Assembly (NCBI GenBank): GCA_963798485.1
Contig: CAWCTR010000022.1
Location: 49,454 to 113,453, forward strand
Direction of reading: 5' to 3'
Source of the DNA: an uncultured delta proteobacterium
Lineage (GTDB): Bacteria > Desulfobacterota > Desulfomonilia > UBA1062
DNA length: 64,000 nucleotides
Shown: in pieces, positions 1-7,432 of the stretch
Layout of the letters: every line of letters starts with the position of its first letter
Position numbering within the stretch: the stretch's first letter is position 1
Program-made: the position numbers and the translations under genes
The notes under the pieces: generated by a model
Databases searched by the model: none
Seen by the model: the letters and a program-made list of their open reading frames with translations, nothing else
What the model was told of the DNA's origin: nothing

Positions 1-369
1 CACCCGGACCAGTCTTATTGCTCCAGATCGGAATGCCAGAGGAAGAGGAAAGCCCGGTGGCAGAAGCAGAAGATGATCACTGATGAGCATTACCGCCTCA
101 ATCAGAAGACAAGCCAGGATAAATGGATCAGGAAGAACCCCGGCTACTGGAAGAGGTATCGGCAGAGTAAGCCTGAGCAAGCTCAGAGGAACCGCCTGAT
201 GCAAATGATAAGGAACAGGCAGAGGAGAAGTCCCCGGCTGATTGCAAAGATGGACGCGTCAGAAATGAGGAAGGCCCGTCCATATGGGCAGTTTTACCTG
301 GTGCCAGTGATTGCAAAGATGGACGCATTAAAAGTTAACATCTATGGGATATCAGCGTCTTATCCGTGA
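1..369 (+). CDS. hypothetical very basic protein, open at the window start (first ATG at 73)
   Basis: Frame +1 has no stop from base 1 to TGA 367-369. The product is Arg/Lys-rich (RKRKARWQKQK, RNRQRR). No family recognised. Two of the three direct repeats lie in frame (LIAKMDA, VIAKMDA). Confidence 0.3.
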   Translation, partial: HPDQSYCSRSECQRKRKARWQKQKMITDEHYRLNQKTSQDKWIRKNPGYWKRYRQSKPEQAQRNRLMQMIRNRQRRSPRLIAKMDASEMRKARPYGQFYLVPVIAKMDALKVNIYGISASYP

Positions 370-383
370 TTGCAAAGAAGGAC
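239..383 (+). repeat. three direct copies of TGATTGCAAAGAWGGAC(GC)
   Basis: Copies at 239-257 and 308-326 are identical 19-mers. The copy at 367-383 matches 16 of its 17 positions. Spacing is 69 and 59 bp, immediately upstream of the HTH-like ORF. Confidence 0.85.
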
Positions 384-437
384 TCTATAGTCTTTTTGTC
401 CCCATGTACCTTATCTCTGGGAACAAGGAGGCGTCTC

Positions 438-770
438 ATGAAGAAGAAAGTGCTCGTCCCGGAGAAGGTAAGGAAGATTGAGGGAGGCTTCAGCTACATA
501 CCCCACCGGTTCATTACGGACGGATACCTCGAATCCCTGAATCAGAAAGAGCTGCTGCTTTACCTGTTCCTGGTGCTGGTTTCGGACCGGAACGGGTTAT
601 CATATTACAGCTACGACCGGATATGCACGACGCTGGAGATGGACATCGAAGAATACCTTACGGCAAGGGATTCCCTGATTAGGCAAAAGCTCATCGCCTT
701 CGACGGTACGCTGTTCCAGGTGCTGGAGCTGCCCTCGATCCGGCATGAGAGTGAGGCCCGCCATGCTTGA
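438..770 (+). CDS. small winged-helix/HTH-like protein coupled to istA (110 aa)
   Basis: ATG 438 has AAGGAGG about 8 nt upstream. Stop TGA 768-770 overlaps the istA ATG 763 (ATGCTTGA). The segment LLLYLFLVLVSDRNGLSYYSYDRICTTLEM resembles DnaD/Rep-type wHTH domains by eye only. Confidence 0.55.
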   Translation: MKKKVLVPEKVRKIEGGFSYIPHRFITDGYLESLNQKELLLYLFLVLVSDRNGLSYYSYDRICTTLEMDIEEYLTARDSLIRQKLIAFDGTLFQVLELPSIRHESEARHA

Positions 771-2235
771 TCGGAGAATCGTGTTCGAGATCCACCGGCT
801 GAAGAACCTTGGGCTGAAAAACATAAAGATAGCTCAGGATCTGGGTATCAACCGGGATACGGTGAGCCTGTACCTCAGGAAGCCCGAGAGACGCCCTGCC
901 GTGAGGAAGAGATCCTCCAAGTTGGACCCGTTCAAGCCCTTTATTGACGGCATCCTGGAAGAACATGCCGGTGTGCCTGGAACAGTGATCTTTTTACGTC
1001 TGAGAGAGCGGGGTTATACCGGGGGTATCACCATCCTCACGGATTACCTCAGGAATAAGAAGAGGGAACCCTCCACACGCAAGGCGTTCATACGCTTCGA
1101 GTCCGATCCGGGCAGGCAGATGCAGATCGACTGGGGCCACTTCGGAGTGCTTGATTACGGGAATGCTAAGAGACGGCTTTCCGCCTTCGTCATAATCGAG
1201 TCATACTCCCGGATGATCTACGTAGAGTTTACCCACAGCCAGAAGCAGGCCCTTCTGCACCGGTGTCTTCTCAATGCCTTTACCTTCTTCGGGGGTACGC
1301 CCCAGGAGCTCCTGGTCGACAACATGATCTCGGCAGTAATCGAGAGGCAGGGGCCGCTGGTGAGGTTCAACGATGCCTTCCTGGACTTCCTTCGGCCGCT
1401 GAAGATAAACCCCGTAGCCTGCAACGTGAGGTCTCCTCAGGAGAAGGGCAAGGTGGAGAGGAGCATCGGTTACCTGCGGCAGAGCTTCTGGCCGCTCAGA
1501 GAGATCTCAAGCCTTGCAGATGCCAATGCCCAGGTAAGGCTGTGGCTTGATGAGGTCGCTAACGTGAGGGTGCACGGTGGCACCGGAGATAAGCCAGCGG
1601 AACGCTTCAAGGGCGTGAGGTTAAGGCCGCTGCCCGAGAACCTGCCCGACTGCTCCGAGACGCTCAGTGTGTTCGTGCATAAGGACTTCGCCGTGAGATT
1701 CGACGGCAACGACTATACGGTGCCGCCGTGGACAGTGGGCAGGAGAGTTCTCCTGAAGGCGGACAACGATGCGGTACGCATCTTCTTCAAGGACAAGGTA
1801 ATAGCAACGCATCCACGATGCTGGGAGTACAAGAAGAGGATCGAGGCTCCGGCTCATGCCGAGCAGGTCAGGAGACTGCAGAAAAGGCTCTGGCGGGATC
1901 GGGATATAGCCCTGTTCGCCTCTATGGGAGATGAAGCCGCATCTTATCTTGAAGCACTGGCGGAAGCATCTCATCCGATCAAGAAGAACATATCGAGGCT
2001 GCTTGAGTTGAGGGATGAGTACGGGGTGGAATCATTGCTCTATGCGATCAGGAAGGCCCTGCAGTTCAAGGCATACGGTGCTGACTACATCGAGAACATC
2101 CTCTACCAGGAGATGACCCCGAAGAGGGTGCACCCGCCGGTGAAGCTGGGCAATGAAGAACTCAACAGGATACGGCTCAGCATGCCTTCACTCGCTGAGT
2201 ATGATGCTTATGCGGTCAAGAGAGGTGGCTCATGA
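745..2235 (+). CDS. istA: IS21-family transposase IstA
   Basis: 496-aa ORF with an N-terminal HTH (IKIAQDLGINRDTVSLYL). DDE/rve core motifs are present (QIDWGH, LLVDN, KGKVERSIGYLRQSFW). An alternative ATG at 763 is likely the true start. Confidence 0.9.
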   Translation: MRVRPAMLDRRIVFEIHRLKNLGLKNIKIAQDLGINRDTVSLYLRKPERRPAVRKRSSKLDPFKPFIDGILEEHAGVPGTVIFLRLRERGYTGGITILTDYLRNKKREPSTRKAFIRFESDPGRQMQIDWGHFGVLDYGNAKRRLSAFVIIESYSRMIYVEFTHSQKQALLHRCLLNAFTFFGGTPQELLVDNMISAVIERQGPLVRFNDAFLDFLRPLKINPVACNVRSPQEKGKVERSIGYLRQSFWPLREISSLADANAQVRLWLDEVANVRVHGGTGDKPAERFKGVRLRPLPENLPDCSETLSVFVHKDFAVRFDGNDYTVPPWTVGRRVLLKADNDAVRIFFKDKVIATHPRCWEYKKRIEAPAHAEQVRRLQKRLWRDRDIALFASMGDEAASYLEALAEASHPIKKNISRLLELRDEYGVESLLYAIRKALQFKAYGADYIENILYQEMTPKRVHPPVKLGNEELNRIRLSMPSLAEYDAYAVKRGGS

Positions 2236-2984
2236 TGGAAGATGTTATCCGGAAATGCAGAGAGTTGAAGCTCAAGGCGTGGGTGGAGGATCTTGAGCGG
2301 GTCATGGACGAGGCCTCCAAAAAGAACTCCCCGGTTCAGCGCATCATAGAACACCTTCTCGACCTGGAGATCGAGAAGAGGAGGAAGATCAGGATAGACA
2401 CATGCTTCCGGTTCTCAAGGCTTGATGAGAAGCAGAGCATAGACCAGTTCGACTTCTCGTTCCATCCTTCCAGAAAAGCCAACAAGGCCAGAATCCTTAA
2501 CCTTCTCGACCTGGAGTTCATCAGGGAGAGAAAAGACGTCATCCTCATCGGCAATCCCGGAGTGGGCAAGTCCTTCATCGCCAAGTGCCTGGCTTACGCC
2601 TCGACTCAGGCAGGCATAAAAACGCTGTTCGTATCCACCATGGAGATGATCAACCAGCTCATAGCGGCGGAGGGTGACAGGACCTTCCTGAAGAAGCTCC
2701 ATTACTACCAGTCGTTCGACCTGCTGGTCTGCGACGAGATAGGCTATCTCCCCCTCGGGTCCCAGGGTTCCAACTTCTTCTTCCAGGTCATAAGCGCCCG
2801 CCATCAGAAGAAGTCCACACTCATCACCACGAATCTGCCGTTTGCCGAGTGGGGGAACGTATTCGACAACACCACGGTCGCCACGGCTATTGCCGACAGG
2901 CTGGTACATAACTCCGAAATCATCATATTCGAGGGGCCAAGCTATCGAAAAAGAGACAGGAAAGAACAGAAGAAACCTGAATAG
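2232..2984 (+). CDS. istB: IS21-family helper ATPase IstB
   Basis: ATGA overlap with the istA stop. Walker A GNPGVGKSFIA and Walker B LLVCDEIGY. DnaC/IstB-like AAA+. Confidence 0.9.
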   Translation: MMEDVIRKCRELKLKAWVEDLERVMDEASKKNSPVQRIIEHLLDLEIEKRRKIRIDTCFRFSRLDEKQSIDQFDFSFHPSRKANKARILNLLDLEFIRERKDVILIGNPGVGKSFIAKCLAYASTQAGIKTLFVSTMEMINQLIAAEGDRTFLKKLHYYQSFDLLVCDEIGYLPLGSQGSNFFFQVISARHQKKSTLITTNLPFAEWGNVFDNTTVATAIADRLVHNSEIIIFEGPSYRKRDRKEQKKPE

Positions 2985-3199
2985 GCCAGAAGGCATAAAG
3001 CTCGAAAGCCGTATTACAGAACGGCTTGAAAACCGGCCTGGCCGATCAAGTGCGGGTTCAGACATTCCCCGCTGTGCATCTTTATGCCCATCGCAACTGC
3101 CTGCCGATTTTTATCCCGGTATACTTGCCGGTTTTTAGACCGGCGCAGACAGAAAGAACATTAAAAACCTGTACAGAGCTTTACAACAAAGCAAAAAGC

Positions 3200-3451
3200 A
3201 TGAAACCTGGAAAAAGTGAAAGGGATTATTTAAAGATTGTATTGTTAACTAAGCCACCTTTTGATTACCAAGTTGATGGAATCATAAACGGGATTCTTGA
3301 TGAATGTCAAAATATTGCAGACCTAGCAGAAATGATCTCTTATCATGGAAAACTAGGCAATGATTTATGGAAAAGTAGGGATAGAAATTTAAAGGGTGGA
3401 AGTCTTGAGAATAGGAATAGGAAGTTTTTTACCGAATTTTGGGGGCAATAA
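3200..3451 (+). CDS. hypothetical small protein (83 aa)
   Basis: The ATG at 3200 is the first start inside the AT-rich part of the tracked ORF 3026-3451. No recognisable motif. Confidence 0.35.
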   Translation: MKPGKSERDYLKIVLLTKPPFDYQVDGIINGILDECQNIADLAEMISYHGKLGNDLWKSRDRNLKGGSLENRNRKFFTEFWGQ

Positions 3452-3499
3452 TTAACCTAGTATAACTGCACAACAGTCTAAAATAGCAGGAGATTATAA

Positions 3500-3784
3500 A
3501 TGCCACTGAGACTATTGGTATGTATCGGGATGGTTATTTATTGTATTTGGCAGGGATTTGCAGCAGCCTCAATCCCTACAAGTAATGGTCATAATTATTT
3601 CCCATTTGTCTACATAATGTGTGTTGTCCTGCTGTTTTCTGGTTTGAATAAATTCGGCCTGATTACATGGCCTCTTGCCACAGTACTTCTTTTGTTTTAC
3701 GGGCATTGGGTTGTTGGATGGATTCCGCTTGCTTTGGTTTTATTCAATGTCTTTGGTAATAAAGTTGTTGCGAGTGAACGATAA
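3500..3784 (+). CDS. hypothetical small membrane protein (about 3 TM segments)
   Basis: 94-aa ORF with three hydrophobic stretches (LLVCIGMVIYCIW, VYIMCVVLLFSGL, LLLFYGHWVVGWIPLALVLF). AGGAG lies 7 nt upstream of the ATG. Confidence 0.45.
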   Translation: MPLRLLVCIGMVIYCIWQGFAAASIPTSNGHNYFPFVYIMCVVLLFSGLNKFGLITWPLATVLLLFYGHWVVGWIPLALVLFNVFGNKVVASER

Positions 3785-3863
3785 GTAGAAGAAAGAAATA
3801 TGACAAGGGGAACAGTTTAAGAGGAAGTTGCATACTGTGAACACGATCAAGCTCAACGGTGTC

Positions 3864-4412
3864 CTATCGACCAAGATATTTCTCCGAATGCCCCTTATGT
3901 CCATTGAAGTTCTGGATGTATCTGTCCACCAAAGGCTTGTTACCTTTCATGATCAAGAGATTCTCTGCATTGTTCTCCTCTGCTGCCCTGGTAAAGTTGA
4001 ATGAACCAGTGATCAAGATGTTCCGATCTATCACCATGATCTTGTTGTGGGCTATAGCATGGGCAGAGTCGATGTACGTTGGTATTCCAGCATGGGCAAC
4101 AAAGTCAGCAGAAGAGTACCCTTGAGTCTGCTGGCTTCTATCAAGGATCACCTCGATCTTAATTCCTCTTTTCCGGGCATCGACAAGGGCCTTGGCTATT
4201 GGTTTACTGGTGAAAGAATATGCCTGGACAAGGATCTCTGACCTTGCCCCGTTGATCTCTTGTACAATGGCTTCTGTAGCACCGCCATGAGGGGAGAAGT
4301 AGGCATCGATAGTGCCAATTGCCTTGAACTGGTCAGCATAGGCCGATCCAGGTAGGATTGAGATAATCAGGCAGCAGGTGAGAAGAATGAGTCTGGGTGC
4401 GATGTATTTCAT
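3864..4412 (-). CDS. secreted phospholipase D-family endonuclease (Nuc-like)
   Basis: 182 aa. Signal peptide MKYIAPRLILLTCCLIISILPGSAYA. Single HKD motif HNKIMVID followed by GSFNFT. Size and architecture match plasmid-type Nuc endonucleases. Confidence 0.8.
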   Translation of the reverse strand: MKYIAPRLILLTCCLIISILPGSAYADQFKAIGTIDAYFSPHGGATEAIVQEINGARSEILVQAYSFTSKPIAKALVDARKRGIKIEVILDRSQQTQGYSSADFVAHAGIPTYIDSAHAIAHNKIMVIDRNILITGSFNFTRAAEENNAENLLIMKGNKPLVDRYIQNFNGHKGHSEKYLGR

Positions 4413-4840
4413 GGTGCGCCTCTCTCAAGATGTAAGTGTATTTGGGATATACGATTTTACCACGGGAAGGAATAGGGGATTTCATTCGTTGACGCTGTTT
4501 CTGTCCGTAGTAACATATAATATTCCAAGCATGTCCATGAACTGGCTTCCCTGCTGATAATGTAGCAATTCACATTTCACAATATTGTCTTGCTCAAAAC
4601 ATGCGTAAAACTTGTCTTCATGCCATCAAGCGGTGATAAGTTTTATTGCATTTAACATACAAACTTTATTGAAGATATTCAAGATAAACCCAGTATACGC
4701 ACACAAGTCATTCACATAGCTCATGCTCTTGATTGTAGATCGAGATATGGTGCCGATTTGCGCTTAAGGTGATCACCATAACAGCAGACCTTCTCCATGT
4801 TCCTTGGGTGATATGATTGGAGTTTTAATTGAAATGCAGC

Positions 4841-4889
4841 GTAGGAAAAGGGTCAACAAGGGGGTCAACATCGAGTATGTTGAACCCCC
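4841..4889 (-). terminator. hairpin terminator downstream of tRNA-Glu
   Basis: On the minus strand: GGGGGTTCAACAT-ACTCG-ATGTTGACCCCC (one bulged base), followed by TTGTTGACCCTTTTCC. Confidence 0.5.
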
Positions 4890-4897
4890 GTAGAACT

Positions 4898-4975
4898 TGG
4901 CGTCCCCAAGGGGATTTGAACCCCTGTCGCCGGCGTGAAAGGCCGGTGTCCTGGGCCCGGCTAGACGATGGGGAC
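4898..4975 (-). tRNA. tRNA-Glu (anticodon UUC), CCA encoded
   Basis: The reverse complement reads GTCCCCATCGTCTAGCCGGGCCCAGGACACCGGCCTTTCACGCCGGCGACAGGGGTTCAAATCCCCTTGGGGACGCCA. Acceptor GTCCCCA/TGGGGAC; anticodon loop CTTTCAC. Very close to the E. coli tRNA-Glu pattern. Confidence 0.95.
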
Positions 4976-4981
4976 ATACAT

Positions 4982-5054
4982 TGAGCCAGGAGGGACTCGA
5001 ACCCTCGACCACCGGATTAAAAGTCCGATGCTCTACCAACTGAGCTACTGGCTC
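4982..5054 (-). tRNA. tRNA-Lys (anticodon UUU)
   Basis: The reverse complement reads GAGCCAGTAGCTCAGTTGGTAGAGCATCGGACTTTTAATCCGGTGGTCGAGGGTTCGAGTCCCTCCTGGCTCA. Acceptor GAGCCAG/CTGGCTC; anticodon loop CTTTTAA. No encoded CCA. Confidence 0.95.
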
Positions 5055-5229
5055 AGTTCGAACCCCCCTATGTCATGGTTGGTGGAAAATATCAAGGATA
5101 AAAAGCCTTCGATTGATGCAGGGAAGCCTTTGTATTGTAAGGCATCATGATCCGGGCATAGAGCAATTACCCTTGATACTTGAATGGTGTTTTCCGTGAG
5201 ACAATAGTTGTGCTATAGACTTAGGCGCT

Positions 5230-5451
5230 ATGGTCTGGGTGATACTCTATATTCCAATTGCCGTTTACATGGGCTATGCGTATGCATCACGCCTTGAGCC
5301 CATTTCATGGGCAATCGTCTTTGCCGTCATCCTCGGGTTTTGTCTTGTGGAGTGGCTGATGGTCAGAAAAGACCGTTCCCGTTCAAGGATAACCTTGGTG
5401 GTCATGTGTCTCACCCTGGCATCGCTTCTTGGGGGAATGATATTTCGTTAA
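5230..5451 (+). CDS. hypothetical small membrane protein (73 aa)
   Basis: Three hydrophobic segments and no motif. Coding status uncertain. Confidence 0.3.
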   Translation: MVWVILYIPIAVYMGYAYASRLEPISWAIVFAVILGFCLVEWLMVRKDRSRSRITLVVMCLTLASLLGGMIFR

Positions 5452-5487
5452 GGGATTTACTACTATTGGATCAGTTGACAATTAAAA

Positions 5488-5784
5488 TCACATGTCTTCG
5501 GAGTAGGTGTAGTCATATACCTTGGACACTCTGATCCCCTGGATGGAGAAGTAGAACTCGTCTCCTTTCTCTACCCCGCTCACCTCCGCCACACCTGATT
5601 CCTGGGCCTGGAAGATTTTGGTGTTTCCGAAATCGAAAATGGGTAAGGCCTTGCTTGTATAGGTCCAGATGGTGCCATCATCAGAAATGGTGGAAATGAT
5701 ATACTCACCCTGCTTCAACCATTTCTTTATACCCTGGAATTCGAATCTCGTATTTTCCCTATACATGACGGCCTCTCTCTTCAT
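5488..5784 (-). CDS. hypothetical protein (98 aa)
   Basis: An AAGGGAG-type SD lies about 7 nt upstream of the ATG. Last gene of the lysC-cimA run. No motif recognised. Confidence 0.5.
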   Translation of the reverse strand: MKREAVMYRENTRFEFQGIKKWLKQGEYIISTISDDGTIWTYTSKALPIFDFGNTKIFQAQESGVAEVSGVEKGDEFYFSIQGIRVSKVYDYTYSEDM

Positions 5785-5839
5785 TGTTGCTCCCTTTCTA
5801 ATACTACTTATCGGAAGCGAAGGGAGAAGGCTTAACGTT

Positions 5840-7432
5840 TTACTTAGGGCGCCTCACCTTTTTTGAATCCTTGTAGAGTTTGTAGTCCATGCTGTCTACC
5901 AGGGCCATCCAGGAGGCCTCGAGGATGTTGCTTGATACCCCTACCGTATACCAATGGTCCTTTTTATCCCCTGACTCGATGAGAACCCTGACCACCGATT
6001 CGGTCCCGGATCTGGATGAGATAACCCGGACCTTATAATCCAAAAGCTCGACTTCTTGGATACCGGGGTAGAACTTCTGCAGGGCCTTCCTGAGGGCTCT
6101 GTCCAGGGCATTGACCGGACCGTTTCCCAATGCGGCGGTATGCTCGATATTGCCATCCACCTCGATCATGATGGTGGCCTCGGACATGGGGTCGGTGTCA
6201 TCGCTTCTGCGTTCCGTATTTACCCTAAATCCCTTGAGATTGAAGGAGCGCATGTGTTCACCCATGGACTTCTTCATAAGGAGCTCTAACGATGCGTCAG
6301 CGCCTTCAAACTGAAAGCCGCAATCCTCAAGGTCTTTTATGATCTTCACGATATCGTTGGCAGCCGTATCATCCTTGGACAAGTCAATGTTCAACTCGCG
6401 CGCCTTATAGAGGATGTTGCTCTTTCCGGACTGCTCGGAAACAAGAACCTTACGGTGATTCCCCACAAGCTCAGGTAAAGTGTGCTCATAGGTTGTGGGA
6501 TCATCGATCACAGCACTCACGTGGATGCCTGCTTTATGGGCAAAGGCCGATTCGCCCACATAGGGCTGGTGTTTGTTGTGGGATAGGTTGGCAATGTCGT
6601 CGAAGAACCGGGAAAGCTCGCTGAGCAGCCTCAACTTATCCGGAGGTATGGTCTCATAGCCAAGCTTGATGCTTAAGTTGGGGATGATGGAGCACAGGTT
6701 TGCATTTCCGCACCTCTCACCAATGCCGTTTATCGTGCCATGGACGTGGTCAATGCCTGCCTGTACGGCGCAGACCGTATTTGCAACAGCAAGATCGCCG
6801 TCATTGTGGCAATGGATGCCCAGCAAGGTATTGAGCTCGCCCTTCAGGAAGCCGATGATGCCAAGCACCTCCGAGGGCAGTGTTCCTCCGTTGGTGTCGC
6901 ACAGGATAATCCTGTCAGCACCGCCTGCTTTTGCCGCCTTTAATGTTGATAAGGCATATTCCCTGTTTGCCTTGAATCCGTCGAAGAAGTGCTCTGCATC
7001 AAAAAAGACCAAATTGAAAAAACCTTTCAGGTAGGCCACGGTATCGCGGATCATCCGTAAGTTTTCATCCAGAGAGCACCCGATGCCGCCGGCTCCCTTT
7101 ACATGGGTGTCCCATGATTTTCCGAAGATGGTCACTCCGTTAGGTTTCGCATTAATGAGGTGCCTTATCATCCTGTCGTTTTCCGGAGGTTTGCCGGGTT
7201 TGCAGGTGCTGCCGAAGGCCATGATCTTCGAATGGGTGATTGCGAGCGACTTGATCTTGCCGAACAGGCGGTCGTCCTTGGGGTTGGCCCCCGGCCAGCC
7301 GGCCTCGATGTAGTCCAGTCCAAGCTGGTCGAGCTTGACGATGATGGAGCATTTGTCATCCATGGAGAGGCTTATGTCTTCGGCCTGGGCCCCATCACGC
7401 AGTGTAGTGTCGTAGATCTCGATCTTGCTCAA
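5840..7432 (-). CDS. cimA: (R)-citramalate synthase
   Basis: 530 aa. N-terminus (M)SKIEIYDTTLRDGAQAEDIS, HxH region GIHCHND, and a C-terminal LeuA-type regulatory domain (GNGPVNALDRALRKALQKFYP). TTG start overlapping the lysC stop (TTGA). The cimA-lysC pairing is as I recall it in Geobacter. Confidence 0.85.
   Translation of the reverse strand: MSKIEIYDTTLRDGAQAEDISLSMDDKCSIIVKLDQLGLDYIEAGWPGANPKDDRLFGKIKSLAITHSKIMAFGSTCKPGKPPENDRMIRHLINAKPNGVTIFGKSWDTHVKGAGGIGCSLDENLRMIRDTVAYLKGFFNLVFFDAEHFFDGFKANREYALSTLKAAKAGGADRIILCDTNGGTLPSEVLGIIGFLKGELNTLLGIHCHNDGDLAVANTVCAVQAGIDHVHGTINGIGERCGNANLCSIIPNLSIKLGYETIPPDKLRLLSELSRFFDDIANLSHNKHQPYVGESAFAHKAGIHVSAVIDDPTTYEHTLPELVGNHRKVLVSEQSGKSNILYKARELNIDLSKDDTAANDIVKIIKDLEDCGFQFEGADASLELLMKKSMGEHMRSFNLKGFRVNTERRSDDTDPMSEATIMIEVDGNIEHTAALGNGPVNALDRALRKALQKFYPGIQEVELLDYKVRVISSRSGTESVVRVLIESGDKKDHWYTVGVSSNILEASWMALVDSMDYKLYKDSKKVRRPK

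Larger units (their letters stand above)
239..3151 (+). mobile_element. IS21-family insertion sequence (boundaries unresolved; left end may lie upstream of the window)
   Basis: istA-istB pair. The GC-rich block ends about 3151 (...GCGCAGACA), where composition drops. The reverse complement of that end starts TGTCTGCGCCGG. GCCGRTTTTTA motifs occur at 3103-3113 and 3127-3137, with an inverted near-copy (one mismatch, GCCGGTTTTCA) at 3027-3037. Confidence 0.6.

Noticed and set aside
1-45. Possible IS21 left inverted repeat at the very start of the window (CCCGG...ATCGGAATGCCAG versus the reverse complement of the right end GCCGG...ATCGGCAGGCAG)
   Set aside because: The matching blocks are short and sit at inconsistent offsets (about 12 nt out of register), so this is compatible with chance. 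Likewise TGTCCCC at 397 shares only TGTC with the right terminus.
2415-3065. 216-aa ORF antisense to istB
   Set aside because: It is a shadow of istB, whose Walker motifs are on the plus strand. Similar rejected shadows are 13309-14016 (opposite pilQ), 46176-46757 (opposite mnmE), 46762-47343 (opposite jag), 47504-48091 (alternative frame of yidC) and 50593-51102 (opposite coaE).
3086-3110. Inverted relative of the 19-bp left repeat near the IS right end (reverse complement reads TTGCGATGGGCATAAAGATGCAC, versus TTGCAAAGATGGAC)
   Set aside because: The match requires a 9-nt insertion and has only about 14 matching bases. That is insufficient to call a terminal repeat.
4773-5039. 88-aa ORF on the minus strand
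   Set aside because: It overlaps both tRNA genes, and its 'protein' is simply the tRNA sequences translated.
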